Positions 1-14,010 are shown, numbered from the stretch's first letter. The stretch: 64,000 nt of DNA from Octopus bimaculoides (GCF_001194135.2 NC_068984.1:128263482-128327481); one strand, 5' to 3'. Notes: generated by a model not told the origin, from the letters alone. Program-made: numbers and translations.

Positions 1-1628
1 ACTTGATGTATTTATGTGAGAGGTACATCAACCAGATATATATCACAGAAAGTATCTCACTTGTTTCAGCCATTTAGCATTCGTAAGAATGGCTATTCTA
101 CTAATATTAAACGTAGCAAGGTGTCATACTTTGATTTGATGTTGGCTACAATAAATATTCATGTGAATATGAAAAATTATACATTGTTGAAATACAAACT
201 GTCTCAAATTGATACTTATAATATATTATACCATTTACTTTTAACAGCTACATGGATTTAATCTATACAGTTGGTGCTTTTTCATTTGTTTGATAAAAAA
301 GACAATTTTAAAACCGGATTGAAAATAAAAACAAGAGTGCAAGATGCAGAGAAGATAGCAAGATGCAGACAAGACAGCACAATGCAGAAAAGATGATATA
401 AAAAGCATAACTAAGTGGAAAGCCAAGTAAATAGGACAAAAATATAATGTGCAGGAATATTAAACAAAGTAAAAACAACTAACATTCAGTGCACTGGACA
501 TAGTTATAGGCAGGGGAGGATGTGATAGACTATGAAAAATATATGAAGAATATCTGACTAAATCCTTTCCTCCTTTTCACTGACGTATGTTCTCATTACT
601 TATCACTATCTACAATAATAGTACTACCATCACTATTAGTCAAATCCTCATTGATTCTGTCAACTTAAGACAAAACGATCTCCTTGTAGAACACTACAAA
701 CATTTTCATTTATTTGTTGGTATACTTGTTGAATCCTCCTACAAATTTAAGCATTTTTATGAATTATTAGAGCAGTAAACCATCCCTTCTGATTGCTCTC
801 AATTATAAAATAAGAACTACTTATTTTTATATACAGAATTAAATAGAGCCAAAAAGCTTGTCAAAATGAATAACAATTTTTGCATTAAGATTCCAGTTTG
901 AACAGCACCTTTATATTCAATCTTTCAGACTTGGCTAGTTGAAGATATAGATATCTAAACTTAGATAAACAGTAGAAATGCATTTGCTTAAAGGAGATTA
1001 TTAGAAAAATCACGTTTGCTAACCTCATTGTCAAATTGTATTTTGTAACATCTCGATCTATGAATCTGACTATTTTCACATTTCTTATATTTTATAAAGT
1101 TCTTAGAATATAAATTATTTATCTATTTTTACTACCTACAAAATCAGTTTACATAAGGAATAAATACATTCAATTTAACCAACTTCATTGTGTTAGAGGT
1201 ACCTATTTCATTGACTCTGCAGAGAGGAAAGGAAAAACTACTTCCAATGAGATTTCAAAACAGTGAAGTACTGAACTACAACATATAAATGTTCAGTATA
1301 ATTTAGTCTGTTACCTTCACCACCTCTAGAAGAACAAATATTATTGAAAAATAAAGTGTGAGTTGAGGGAGAGAGAGATAAAAAAGAATGGTTAGTGAAA
1401 GATGGAAAACTGTAAAAACTATTTCAAGTTAGTAGGTTGAATTATAAACATAGCATATATGTAAATATATATGTATTTTATACACATATATGTTTGTTTC
1501 TATACACATACATGCATATGCAGGTAAAAACTAAAACTAAATGCTAGGCTAATAGAAAAGAGAGGATAGTTAACACAAAATCTGTTAATAAAACCACTCC
1601 TGAACATATTTCTCCAGTTTGTTCTCAC

Positions 1629-1784
1629 CTTTATCTTATCCAAAAGTTTTAAATTTTCATCATTTGATTTTGTTAAACGTGTTTGTAAAGTAGCTTTTTC
1701 ATTCTGCACTGTTTTAACTTGTTCATCGAGAGCAAGCAGTCTTTCTTCAGAGGCTGATGAAGTCTCATCCTTGCTTTCAGACTT
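1629..1784 (-). CDS. USO1: USO1 exon 21 (156 nt; acceptor could instead be at 1802 or 1781, all in frame), coiled coil
   Basis: cattgcag|KSESKDETSSASEERLLALDEQVKTVQNEKATLQTRLTKSNDENLKLLDKIK|gtgaga; phase 0-0. Confidence 0.85.
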
Positions 1785-4700
1785 CTGCAATGACATTTGG
1801 AACTGGAGGTGGAGCCAATGCAGGCAGCAACATACAGACATGGCACATTGACAAAATGAAGGTTTTGAAGAGAGACAAGCAATAAATGTTTCCTAACCAT
1901 ACCATACGTACTGAGCAGAAGGAGAAGGGTAATAGAGGAGGATTTGTGAAAGTGAAGACAATAGCAACATTTATAGATACATGCATTCTGGAGCATTTTT
2001 TGTCAGACATGCAGACTGAAGAATGAATTACAAACAATTGTCTAGAATATTCAATCAAATCATAGATTCTGTCAAGATTCTGATTCTAAAAAATAATTTC
2101 AGCTACATTTGTTTTTTGTATTTTGTTATACTTGAGTTGTACAGATTTGTAAATATTTGAAATCATATATGTGTGTGTGTGTAGAGAGAGAGAGATAGAG
2201 AGAGAGAGATAGAGAGAGAGAGATAGAGAGAGAGAGATAGAGAGAGAGAGTGTGTGTGTGTGTGTTTGTGTTCAGACAATATATTCTTCAATCATCAATC
2301 ATTGTCATGAAGTGGATCTGACTTCTCTTATTAAGTTTGGTGGGCAGAAAGAAACTGAAGTAAAAAACAAGTTAAAGTCTATTCCAAGTAAACCATATTT
2401 ATATTTAATAGTGACCAAATCAAATACCAATAATGTTTCTCTTTTAACTCTAACAAACTGTCAAGGTAGTTAGGATATTTTCGTTTTTGTGAAATATTCC
2501 TACCATGGTTTTAAGGATGTTTGCATCTTAAGAATCTAAGTGTGTGCATGCACAAACATACATACACAATGCACAGAAACAATAAAACTGATAATAGTTA
2601 GAATCAAATGTCACCATCATAATATCACTGTAGAGCAAGTGGTGTCCTTTATTTCTTTTATTCTGTGAAAACATGCCTCGTCACAGGGAAATATCATCTT
2701 ACTCTGAAATAGGTGAGGGTTGGCTGCAGGAAAGGCATTCAGCCGTAGAAAATCTACCTTGATGAATTCCATCCACTCCATGCAAGCAGGGAAAAGTGGA
2801 CTATAAAAATGATGCTGATGTGTGAGTGTATGTTGGCAATATCAACATGGTTCTGTGGCATATGTAATAAAATTTATGACATTTAATCTTATTTAGACAA
2901 TTACTACTATTATATATTATATAATATAAAAGGAATGACATTCACAAACTTCCAAACAACAACAATCATAATGTAACATTATCACAAGGAAAGTAGAACA
3001 ACAGAAAGATATGACATCACAACATATAAGAAGATATTAACATGAGCAAACCAACTTACCTCTAACATTTTCTCAAGCTGTTCCTTTTGTGAAAGTGTTG
3101 TTTTTATTTGTTCATCTTTCGCTGCAACCGTGTGCCGAAGTTCACTGAGTTCAGTAGATAACTGTTGGATACTAGCATGTAGTCGGGCTGTTTCCGTTGG
3201 ACAGTTTTCTTTATTTTCTTCACTAGTTAACTCATTAAGATTTACACAAGCAGCTTTTGCCGCGATCAATTCAGCTAACTGAAAATCAAAGTTTTCAGAT
3301 TATTCAAAATTACAGACAAATGAAACGTTCTTTTTCTCCACTATCACTTTGACTGATGCTGTTAGACAACATGTACACATCACTCCAAATAGTTTTTAAA
3401 ACTAAGAAGCCCCTAAAATTTAAAACAATTAAATTTTAGCAATGGCCATTACTTAGAAAAGTACTTATATAGATCATTTAGCAGTACCCATGTCAGCATG
3501 GAACATAAGATGTTACATGATGATATGCATGATGATAAATGGTTAGAATATTGAATATAAAATGGTTACTAACTTCAATCAAAAGACTAACGATTATTAA
3601 TACAAAAATTAATTAGATTTTCAGAAACAAAATTAATTTTTCCCCATTTTATATCCATTTTTCTTTATAAGCATGAATGGGATGGCTTTTGTAATTTTCA
3701 AAAATTTGAATATAGTTGATTTAACTCTTTTTTTTACAATTAAATAGCCTTGCTATCACAAACTGTAGGTTCAGTTGAGAAGACTGAAGCACACAAAGCA
3801 ATGTAACTTGCTTAGAGGTACAATAATGGTTATAGCAACATTTGAACTCGTGACCGTGTTGTTTAGTATCCTGACCTCACAGCTATTGTACCTCATCAGC
3901 TGATACTATCATATATATATCAGTAAAAACTATAATTCATCAAATATATGGAAAAAAATGCTAAAGAGATTGTATTACATTACTATGGAGTAATACCAAT
4001 ATATACAACAACTCATGAAGCTTATCATTACCAGAAGTCAGTAATATCACAGAGTTAAACCAGTGTACTGAAGCACAAAATGGGGTTATACTATCACATC
4101 AAATTTCATTATGATGTTAAACTATCATATTACACTTTATACCATCATATCAGGTTACTCTCAAACTGTAAGCTTAGACTATTACACTATGTACAAGGTT
4201 GGACTACAACACAATGTATGAGGTTAGACTGCCACACTATATATAAGATTATACTACTATTCTATGTATAAGGTTAGACTATCATAATATGTATGAAGTT
4301 AGACTACCACCCTATGTATAAGGTTAGACTATGTATAAGGTTAGACTGCCATCCCAAAATATTACAATAAAAATGAAAGTTTACTTACAGTTTGTTTCAG
4401 TTCATCATCTTTGGTTTTTAGCTTTGTTTGTAATGTTTCAATTTCTTGTTTTAATTGGGCTATTTCATTCTTACCATCTTGACTTCCTATCAAACATGTT
4501 AAATGCAATGAGAAACGAGAATACAAGGAAGAAGGTGGTGGTAGTGGTGGTGGTGGTGATGAACGTAATGTGCAGGTAAATATCACATCTTAAATCTATG
4601 AAACACCCCCACCTTCTTCCTTGTAAATTATTTCTTATTTCTTTATTGCTCACAAGGGGCTAAACATAGAGGGGATAAACAAGGACAAACAAAAGGATTA

Positions 4701-7700
4701 AGTCAATCACATCAACCCCAGTGTGTAACTGGTACTTAATTTATCGACCCTGAAAGGATGAAAGGCAAAGTCGACCTCAGCGGAATTTGAACTCAGAACG
4801 TAATGGCAGACGAAATACCGCTAAGCATTTCGCCTGGCGTGCTAACGATTCTGCCAGCTCGCCGCCTTGTAAATTATTTCTGGTGACAGATGACAGTTCT
4901 GTTGCTAATATTGGTGGGATGTAAGGCATCAAGTTGGCAGAATTGTTAGAACACCAGGCGCAATGCTTAGCAGCATTTTGTCCATCTTTGTGTTCTGTGT
5001 TCAAATTTTATCAAGGTCGACTTGGCTTGTCATCCTTTCAAGGGTCAATAAAATAAGTACCAACTGTTACTGACCTACCCATTCCCCCAAAATTGCTGGC
5101 TGGGATGTAGAAAAGAATATCAGATCCTACACACCTATAAACATTTGTCAATAAGTTGAGACTGCAGTTGCTGGTATAAGAAAAAGGTGAACATAAGACA
5201 AACATGTTGTGTCATCTGCAATACAGACACTAACCAATGATCATACACCATATATATTTCCAGATGTATACACATATAACATGGCTATGGACAGGAATCT
5301 TTGGCATCCATGAATGAAGCTGCAACTCGCATAAGCACTAAGTAGGCAATGAGGAGTGAGCAGATTATCCTAACACAATGGCACTTAATGAGATAGAGTT
5401 GAGTAAAAGGAAGTGCAAAAAGAATAAACTTATACTCTTTCTCTACTCTCTCTCTCTCTTTTACTTGTTTCAGTCATTTGACTGTGGCTATGCTGGAGCA
5501 CCGCCTTTAGTCGAGCAAATCAACCCCAGGACTTATTCTTTGGAAGCCTAGTATTTATTCTATCGGTCTCTTTTGCCGAACCGCTAAGTTACAGGGACAT
5601 AAACACACCAGCATCGGTTGTCAAGCGATGTTGGGGGGGACAAACACAGACACACAAACATATACACACACACATATATATATATACATATATATATGAT
5701 GGGCTTCTTTCAGTTTCCATCTACCAAATCCACTCACAAGGCTTTGGTCAGCTCGAGGCTATAGTAGAAGACACTTGCCCAAGGTGCCACGCAGTGGGAC
5801 TGAACCCGGAACCATGTGGTTGGTAAGCAAGCTACTTACCACACAGCCACTCCTGCGCCTATGTGAAAGTGGTTTGGGCATTTATTCTAGTAAAACAGTT
5901 GTTCAACGCAGACCAAACTTCAATAGAGCAGAAAGGTTCCAACCATGACCATCACATCTTTATTTTAGACATAGTTATGACTCAGATTACATTATTTAAT
6001 GTTCCTTCTATATTTTTAAGACAGCAGGGTATGCTTTGAGGGAGATTTGGCTATTTTTCCTGCAGAATGAGTACTATATTGAGGCTACCTGTTGGTTTGC
6101 ATATTTACAGCTGTTCTCCTTGTTGGCATTATGCAGTAGCCAAGTAGTTAAAGAGTCCGTTATGGTACAGAAATCATGGATATATGGTCTACCACCAAAA
6201 GTAAAGTTAGACACAAGAAATTCCTCTGGTTTTTCTAGTTTCTTAGATAAGATTTATATCTTCGTAATTTTTTTGCTCAGTTGCAATCCTTCTCTCAGAT
6301 ACACTCTTATGACATTTAGTAGATCTTAGGCCACCATAACTATATTAGTCTTTCTTCAACAAGGCTCACATTTCATGCATTCTAGATGTGTGCTTGTATG
6401 TGTTTACTATAAGGCCAGTTTTACTAAGATAGTGGTAAATATAGTATAGTAGTATAATGCATATTATACAGTAAGGTCAGTGTTGATAACACAGAAGTTA
6501 GAACTGTATAATTTATGGTATATTATAATGTCACTGCTAGGAGTGGTGATAGTATATTCAACACTCTCAGTCTGTCCTACAATGTGTAACCCCGTCTCTC
6601 AGTTTTACAATGTGTGTCCCTTTTCTTAGCCCCACAATGTGCACCTTCATCTCCCAGACATACACTGGGTGACCCAACACAACACAATATCACATAATAG
6701 GTGCAGGCATGGTCTTTGCTTCCAAACCTTGTGGCTTGGCTTTAGCCCCACTGCATGATACTTTGGTAAAATGTCTTCTACTTTGGCTCTGGGCTGACTA
6801 AAGCTTTCTGAGTGGGTTATGTAGATGGAAACTGAAAGAAGTCTTGTGTGTATGTGTGCATGTGTGTTACTGTCTTCTTGCCTTGACATTATGTAATAGT
6901 CGTAAACGAGTATCACTGTCATGCAGGCTGTGTCCCCCATTTCCAATCTTCTATGAAAACATGTCTGGTCACAAGGAATATATTACTCTACTGGGAAACA
7001 GGTGAGGGTTGATGACAGGAAGAGCATCTGAATGTAGAAAATCTGCTTCAGTAAATTCTCTTAGACCCATAAGGGCGAGGAAAAATAGATGCTAAGTTGA
7101 TGATGATAATCAGGATGATGATGATGATGGTGATATGTTATATATATTTAATTGATAATGAAAGAACTGAATGTTTACTTTATAAAATTGCAAGATAATG
7201 TTGTAATACAAACCTTTCTGAGCTTTCAAAACAGCATTCTGGTCTTTCAACTGCTGGATTTGTTGCTTTGTTTCTTCAAATTCTTCTTTATTTAAATTAC
7301 TTTGAGACTTATATCCTTTCAATTCTTTCCTTAAATCATTCAATTGTATATCCTGAAAGATATAAAACATTGTAATTATTTTTTTACAAATATAAAATAT
7401 TTAACAGAACAAAATATTTACAATTTACATATAGAAAATCCCAACAGTTAAAAAGTATTCAAAGTGCAGTCCTTATAACAGTTAATAATGTACCCTAGCA
7501 GCAAGTACTTGACATTATCCAATTTCATATAAAACAAACAAACTACACTAATGAATAAAAATATTTTTTTCTTTCTACATTGAATTTGATTTTTTCTTTT
7601 ATTTATTAGAGAATGGTTTTTGTAATTTTTGAGTCTTTTTTTTTTTCCAAATAAAATGGCACTTTGAAAGATTTAATACAGTATGTCCAGAACCAAATTA

Positions 7701-10700
7701 AGACCAGCTTTAGGTGTTAACAAAACTTTAATCTTGAAAGGGCAGCTTTAATTAAAAAAAATATTAATGTAGGTGCAGACATGGCTGTGTGGTTAAGAAG
7801 TTTGCTTTCCAACTATCTGTTTTCAAGTTCAAACCCAATGTATTGCACCTTGGGCAAGCATTTTCTACTGTCTCACCAGGCCGACTAAAGCCTTGTGTGT
7901 GGATCTGGTAGATAGAAACTGATAAAAGCCTGTTGTATATGTATATGCATGAATGTATGTTTGTGTGGATGTATGTGCGTCTGTATCTTGATATTGCACA
8001 GTAATTGTAAATGAGTATCACTGTCATACAAGCAGTGTCATTCACTTCCAATATTCTGCAAAAACATTTCTGTCTATGGGGAAATATTGCCCCTAGTTTG
8101 GACACAAGTGACAGTCGGCAACAGGAAGGGCATTAGGCAATAGAAAATGTTCCTCAATAAACTCTGTCTAAACCATGATGCAGGCATCAAAATGTGGGCA
8201 TTAAAACAATGATGATGATAGAATTACTATTAAGTAGGCTGCTTCCTACTTAATCTTATTGCGGATAATAGTTATATATTAGTTGAATAAGAACACATTA
8301 CTCACTTGCTCTCTAATCAATTCTTTGTATTGAATCACAATACTACTGTGTTCATGTATACTAGCAGAGAGACCAGTCTTCCCTTTGTTGTCAGACACAG
8401 ATACTGCTCTTAAAACTTCATCTGAAATAGAAGACAATACCAGTAAAACAATGAAGATTTTTATCAATCTCACAAGACAGAATTAACCCTTAAGCTGTGA
8501 TTTATATATTTTCCCTACATTTACTTCTCAATAAAATATTATAATTGCAGAAATAAAGATATATATATCAAGCACCAACTTTACAGACACTGATGGTCCA
8601 GAATCTCTTATAATCTAAACTAATCTATAGGTACCTGTATTTCATTTAATTATTTTAATTAATTAATATGTTTAATTTAGAGTGTGTTGACCAAGGTGAC
8701 CATTCCTGGTTAGGAAAAATCACTAATCTGGAAAGGCTTTGAAATGAAAGGTTCTGGAAAATCAATGTTGTCAACCATAAAAATAAATGGTACAAAGTAT
8801 TGATGAAGACATGAAAACCTTTCTATGATGGATGATTATAATGGCAATAAATCCATTCCTGATATATGATATATACTGGATCATGGATTCATTATACTTT
8901 GTAACACAGCTTAGATAAAATGTTTTCTAGAAAATGCTTTGAACATTTAAGGAGGTGCTTCCATTTTATGGATACATCAACAAATCCCCACAAAACAACC
9001 ATGGACATGATAAATTTGTTTTTCTGAGATATATATTGGAATAATTTTTGAAGGAGTTTGTAACCCACAAATGGAAGTTTCTGTTGGTTGAACAATAATT
9101 ACTTATAAATACAATTTTGAATTTAAACAATATATTCCATACAAAAACCCATCACAAAGAAGTATCACATCTTATGGTTTTTACTTCTTTGTTTTTCCCA
9201 GTAGAGATTTGAAAATCATTTTACTTCATTATGTGAATCAGTATAAACTAAAACTTATGAATTTAATGGAACCTGTATATTATTTAGGTATATTATCACA
9301 AACTTATTGTGATATGGTAAAGCTAAGATTAATGAAATATAATTATAAATGAGTTTGTCATTGTAAATCTAAAGAACTTACTTTCCAACGATTTGAATAG
9401 ACGGGTGAACTCATAGTCAAAGATCACTTCATTTGGATGTTTGTAATTAAGGTGAGCTTTCTTTGCTGCTTTTGTGTAACTTTCATGCTTTGTCACCTGA
9501 GATAGTTTATCAATAAATGTTTCCATCCCAATACGGTTAGCAATGATTTTGCACAAAGAATCCCTGTAATAGAAAACACACACACATTACTATATCAACT
9601 GACAATACTACCAGTAATACAGCTTATGGTTACCCTTCTTTCTGTTTCTGTTTGCTAAGATCTTCTGAAGATGATATATTTAATATTTTCAATATTGATA
9701 GACTATGATGACAATGTGGTAGTGGTGATCAAGCAAAATTTGAATATTTCTTTTCAAAGGTCATTAATTCAATACATGAAAGTAAGTTCATTATCACTTC
9801 TATATCTGGATTCTAAATAAAAAAGATCCTACTAATTTCCAATATAGTTTATGAAGAGAGACCAAAAGTTGGTAAAGGTTAACAAAAAGTAAGAGGAAGG
9901 CGGTGACCTGGAAGAAACGTTAGTATGCCAGGTAAAATGCTTAGCGGTATTTCGCCTGCCTTTACGTTCCGAGTTCAAATTCCACCGAGGTTGACTTTGT
10001 CTTTCATCCTTTCAGGTTCAATAAATTAAGTACCAGTTACACACTAGGGTCGATGTAATTGACTTAACCCCTTTATCTGTCCTTGTTTGTCCCCTCTATG
10101 TTTAGCCCCTTGTGGGCAATAAAGAAATAAGAAAGTCAGAGGAAGGGATTTACAAACCACAGAAATATAAAGAAAGATACTTATTAAACTTAAATATTTA
10201 TGGTGTTTAATACATCCTACACATGACAATGCTTGATTTCAGCAAGAACATCTATTGATAAAACTGTGTCTAAAATTATGATACTGAACTCTGTAATATA
10301 TCGATGGTTGCTAACTGTGTATCATCATTTCACCATCAAGGGACCAATGGTAGCATACTATTAGTTCCACTAGTATGCACTTTTCATACATTCTTAGTGC
10401 CCTGGGCAAGCCATTATACAGCATCTAGTGGTGAAGCTCCAGCTTGGGAATTCAGGAGAAGTTTTAGGGAGTATTCTAACCAAGTATTCTAGGTCTATTC
10501 TAACCAAGGGGGGTAGTCGAGGACCCTAGTTTTGGGTCAAATAGCAGATGATGGTCTAGTGTCTAAAACATACATGGTCTGGAAGGGAGCTGGCCTCTAG
10601 ACATGTGATGCATGTTAGTATATGAACACAGATACACAAGTGATACTGTCCCCCCAGTATCACTTGATAACTGATGTTGGTGTGTTTACGTCCCTGTAAC

Positions 10701-13700
10701 TTAGCGGTTCGGCAAGAGAGTTCGATAAAATAAGTACTAGGCTTACAAAGAATAAATCCTGGGGTCGATTTGTGTGACCAAAGGCGGTGCTCCAGGATGG
10801 CCACAGTCAAATGACTGAAACAAATAGAAGAATAAAGGAATATATTTAAATATACATCAAGTTACATACTTGTTAAAAGTTTCGTTTTGGTCATCATTGA
10901 AAAGTACACTGATCCCCAAAAGAAAAGCACAGAGGCCTTGGACAAGTTGTTCTAGTTCTTCTCCTTCAGATGCTGAAATCTGAGCAATCAGCTTAAATAG
11001 CAGTTAAGGTGAATTATAAAATACATTTATGATGAAGTGAATTTAGATGCCTATGGTTGTAGTCAGATTTGAACTTGTGGTCATGTAGTCAGCTGTCTAG
11101 TATCTTAACCTAACACAAACACATACATGCATACAGACAAGCACATGCTGTGAGAATTGTTTTGTTTTAAAACTCCAGTTAATAAAATACAAGATTATCA
11201 CAATTTCAAGTCTCAATAAATATCTGGTAAACATTACACATAAAATGTGATGTTACTTAGACAAAAATAATTAATAATTAACTTCAAATGTGTAGTAGCA
11301 TATAATTCTTTGCCTCATTAAATTAGGAGACAATATATATCTCTATACATGTTACAACTGATATTATATGCAAATTTTGTATTGTTTGTAAAGTATGAGC
11401 ACATCCAAGTAATTGCTCAAATTTCTTCAATCAAAAATTTTGATCTCAGCTTGAAAACCTTGTGTGCACAAATTTTTTTACTTTTGTGCATTAGTTGTAA
11501 AATGAGTGCATGCATACAAGTGCACAGCTTAGAGGAAAAACTAATTATATGGCGTATAGTGTAGTATCATTTGCAAAAATGTTTGCAAGGCACCAGCAGG
11601 CCTCAAGTGACACATTCATGTCCATAGAAAATAATTAACACTTTATTTTACTGAACCCTCTTTTGTTGTCCACGATAAGAGAATCCATTATATATATATA
11701 TATATATATATACATCATCATTTAATGTCTATTGTCCATACTGGCATGGGTTGGACGGTTTGACCAGGGCTGGTAAGCTGGAAGCCTGCACCAGACTCCA
11801 GTCTGATTTGGCATGGTTTCTGTGGTTGGATGCTCTTCCTAATGCCAACCACTCCGAGAGTGTAATGCCTGCTTTTACATGCCACTGGCACAGGTGCCAT
11901 TTGTGTGATACCAGTATCTGCTATGATTGCAATTCTACTTGGCTTGATGGGTCTTCTCAAGCACAACATAATGCCAAAGGTCGCGGTCATTGCCTTCATG
12001 AGGCTCAACACTCAAAAGGAGCTCAGCCACTTTGCCTCTGTGAGGCCCAATGCTCAAAAGGTGCTTTTAACGTGCCAGTTACATGACATCAGCATCAGCC
12101 ATGACTATGACTTCACTTAGCTTGACAGGTCTTCTCAAGCACAGTATATCACCAAAGGTCTCAGTCACTTGTCATCACCTCTGTGAGGCCCAAAGTTTGA
12201 AGATCATGCTTCACCAACTTGTCCTACGTCTTCTTGGGTCTACCTCTAGCATAGATTCCCTCCACAGAGATTGGCACTTCTTTACACAGTTGTCTTCATC
12301 CATACACATCACATGACCATACCAATGCAGTCATCTCTCTTGCACACCACATCTGATGCCTCTTATGCCCAACTTTTCTCCCAAGATGCTTACACTCTGT
12401 CGAACATGCACACTGACATTGCACATCCAGCAAAGCATACTGGCTTTATTTCTTTCAAGCCTATGCATGTCCTTGGCTGTCACAGCCCATGTTTCCCTGC
12501 CATAAAGCCACAGGCATCATACAATCTTTCTTTCACTCTGAGAGAGAGGCCCTTTGTTGCCAGCAGAGGCAGGAGCTCTCTGAACTTTGCCCAGCCTAAT
12601 CTTATTCTCACAGCTACGCTCTTTGAGCATCAACCTCCACTACTAACTTGGTCACCTAGATAACAGAAGCTATCTACTACCTCTAGCTCAAGGTCATCAG
12701 TATAGAGGAGCTCCCAGGGGCAGCCTGTCTTAAATTCCTCTGTTATTGGCTGGAGGACTATGACGAACGAGAGAGAACTGAGGACCAATCCTTGGTGAGA
12801 CCTTACTTGTACCCTGAATTCTTCGCTGTACTCGCTGCCAACCCTCACCTTACTGGTAGCATCCCTGTACATGGCTTGTACAGCTCTCACCGACCACTCG
12901 TCTATCCCTAATTTCCACATTAACCACCAGATAAGGGATTGTGGGGACCCTGTCAAAGGCTTTATCCAAGTCAACAAAAGCCAAATACAGAGATTTATCT
13001 TTAGCTATGTATTTCTCCTGCAGCTTCCTTACTAGAAATATAGCATCGGTGGTACTTCTCCTTGGCACAAAACCAAGCTGCATCTCATCTAGACTAACTC
13101 TCACCCTAATTAGTTTGACTATGACTCTCTTCATAAGTTTCATCAACTGATCCAACAATTTGATACCTCTGTAATTTCACACACACACACATTAAAACAA
13201 AGACTGTATGTATGCATGATACTTTTACATACATTTGGTCTAAGTAACTTGGAATTATCAGGGTATATTCAATTAGTTGATGCAAGTTTCATAAAAGGAT
13301 ACATAAGGCACATTAGCTGTATTGCAAAGAAAATGAGTAACAGCAATAGAACAGTCAGATAACCAGCCACACAGTAACATTAAAAGTCCAATGCGTGTCT
13401 GAATTTTTCCACCCTGAAAATACACAAATTTAACAATGATATTTTAACAATGTAGACAGTTTGATAATAATAATTATGCATTAAACATATATTCATTTAC
13501 ATTGCCAAGTCATTATATATAATGTTATGAACAGTCTCAATCTTTCACCATGTCTTTCTGTTAATCATTTCCCAAATGTGAAATATCAGAAAGGAATCCT
13601 TTGGTGTTAGTAGTTTTGATTTTCGTTTCAGTTCATCACTTTTATCACACTTGTTACAACAGACACTGTTGTCACTAGTAGAGATATACTGTCACTACAG

Positions 13701-13973
13701 AGTCAGAATGCCGTCATCACTGATACAGTACACTGTCATTGAAAACACTATCATTGTTTGAAATGGATATCATAACAATATCTTTTATATCAAACATAAA
13801 AGACAAAATACTTTTCTGTTTATATGGATCAGAAGAAATTTGTGAAGGCAGATTTTCTACAGCCAGATACCTTTCCTGTTGCTAACCCACACCTGTCTCC
13901 AAGTAAGATAATAGTTACCCATGACCAGACATGATTTAACAGAAGACTGGAAAGGAAGAACTCTGGTTACATG

Positions 13974-14010
<37 letters not shown>

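Noticed and set aside
1-1628. Search for the final USO1 exons (DDLLVLL..QD motif, acidic tail, stop)
   Set aside because: No such sequence found in any minus frame; they must lie beyond the window start.
12271-13150. Plus-strand ORFs 12271-12663 and 12941-13150, and minus-strand ORF 63719-63997
   Set aside because: Antisense shadows of RTE RT coding sequence.
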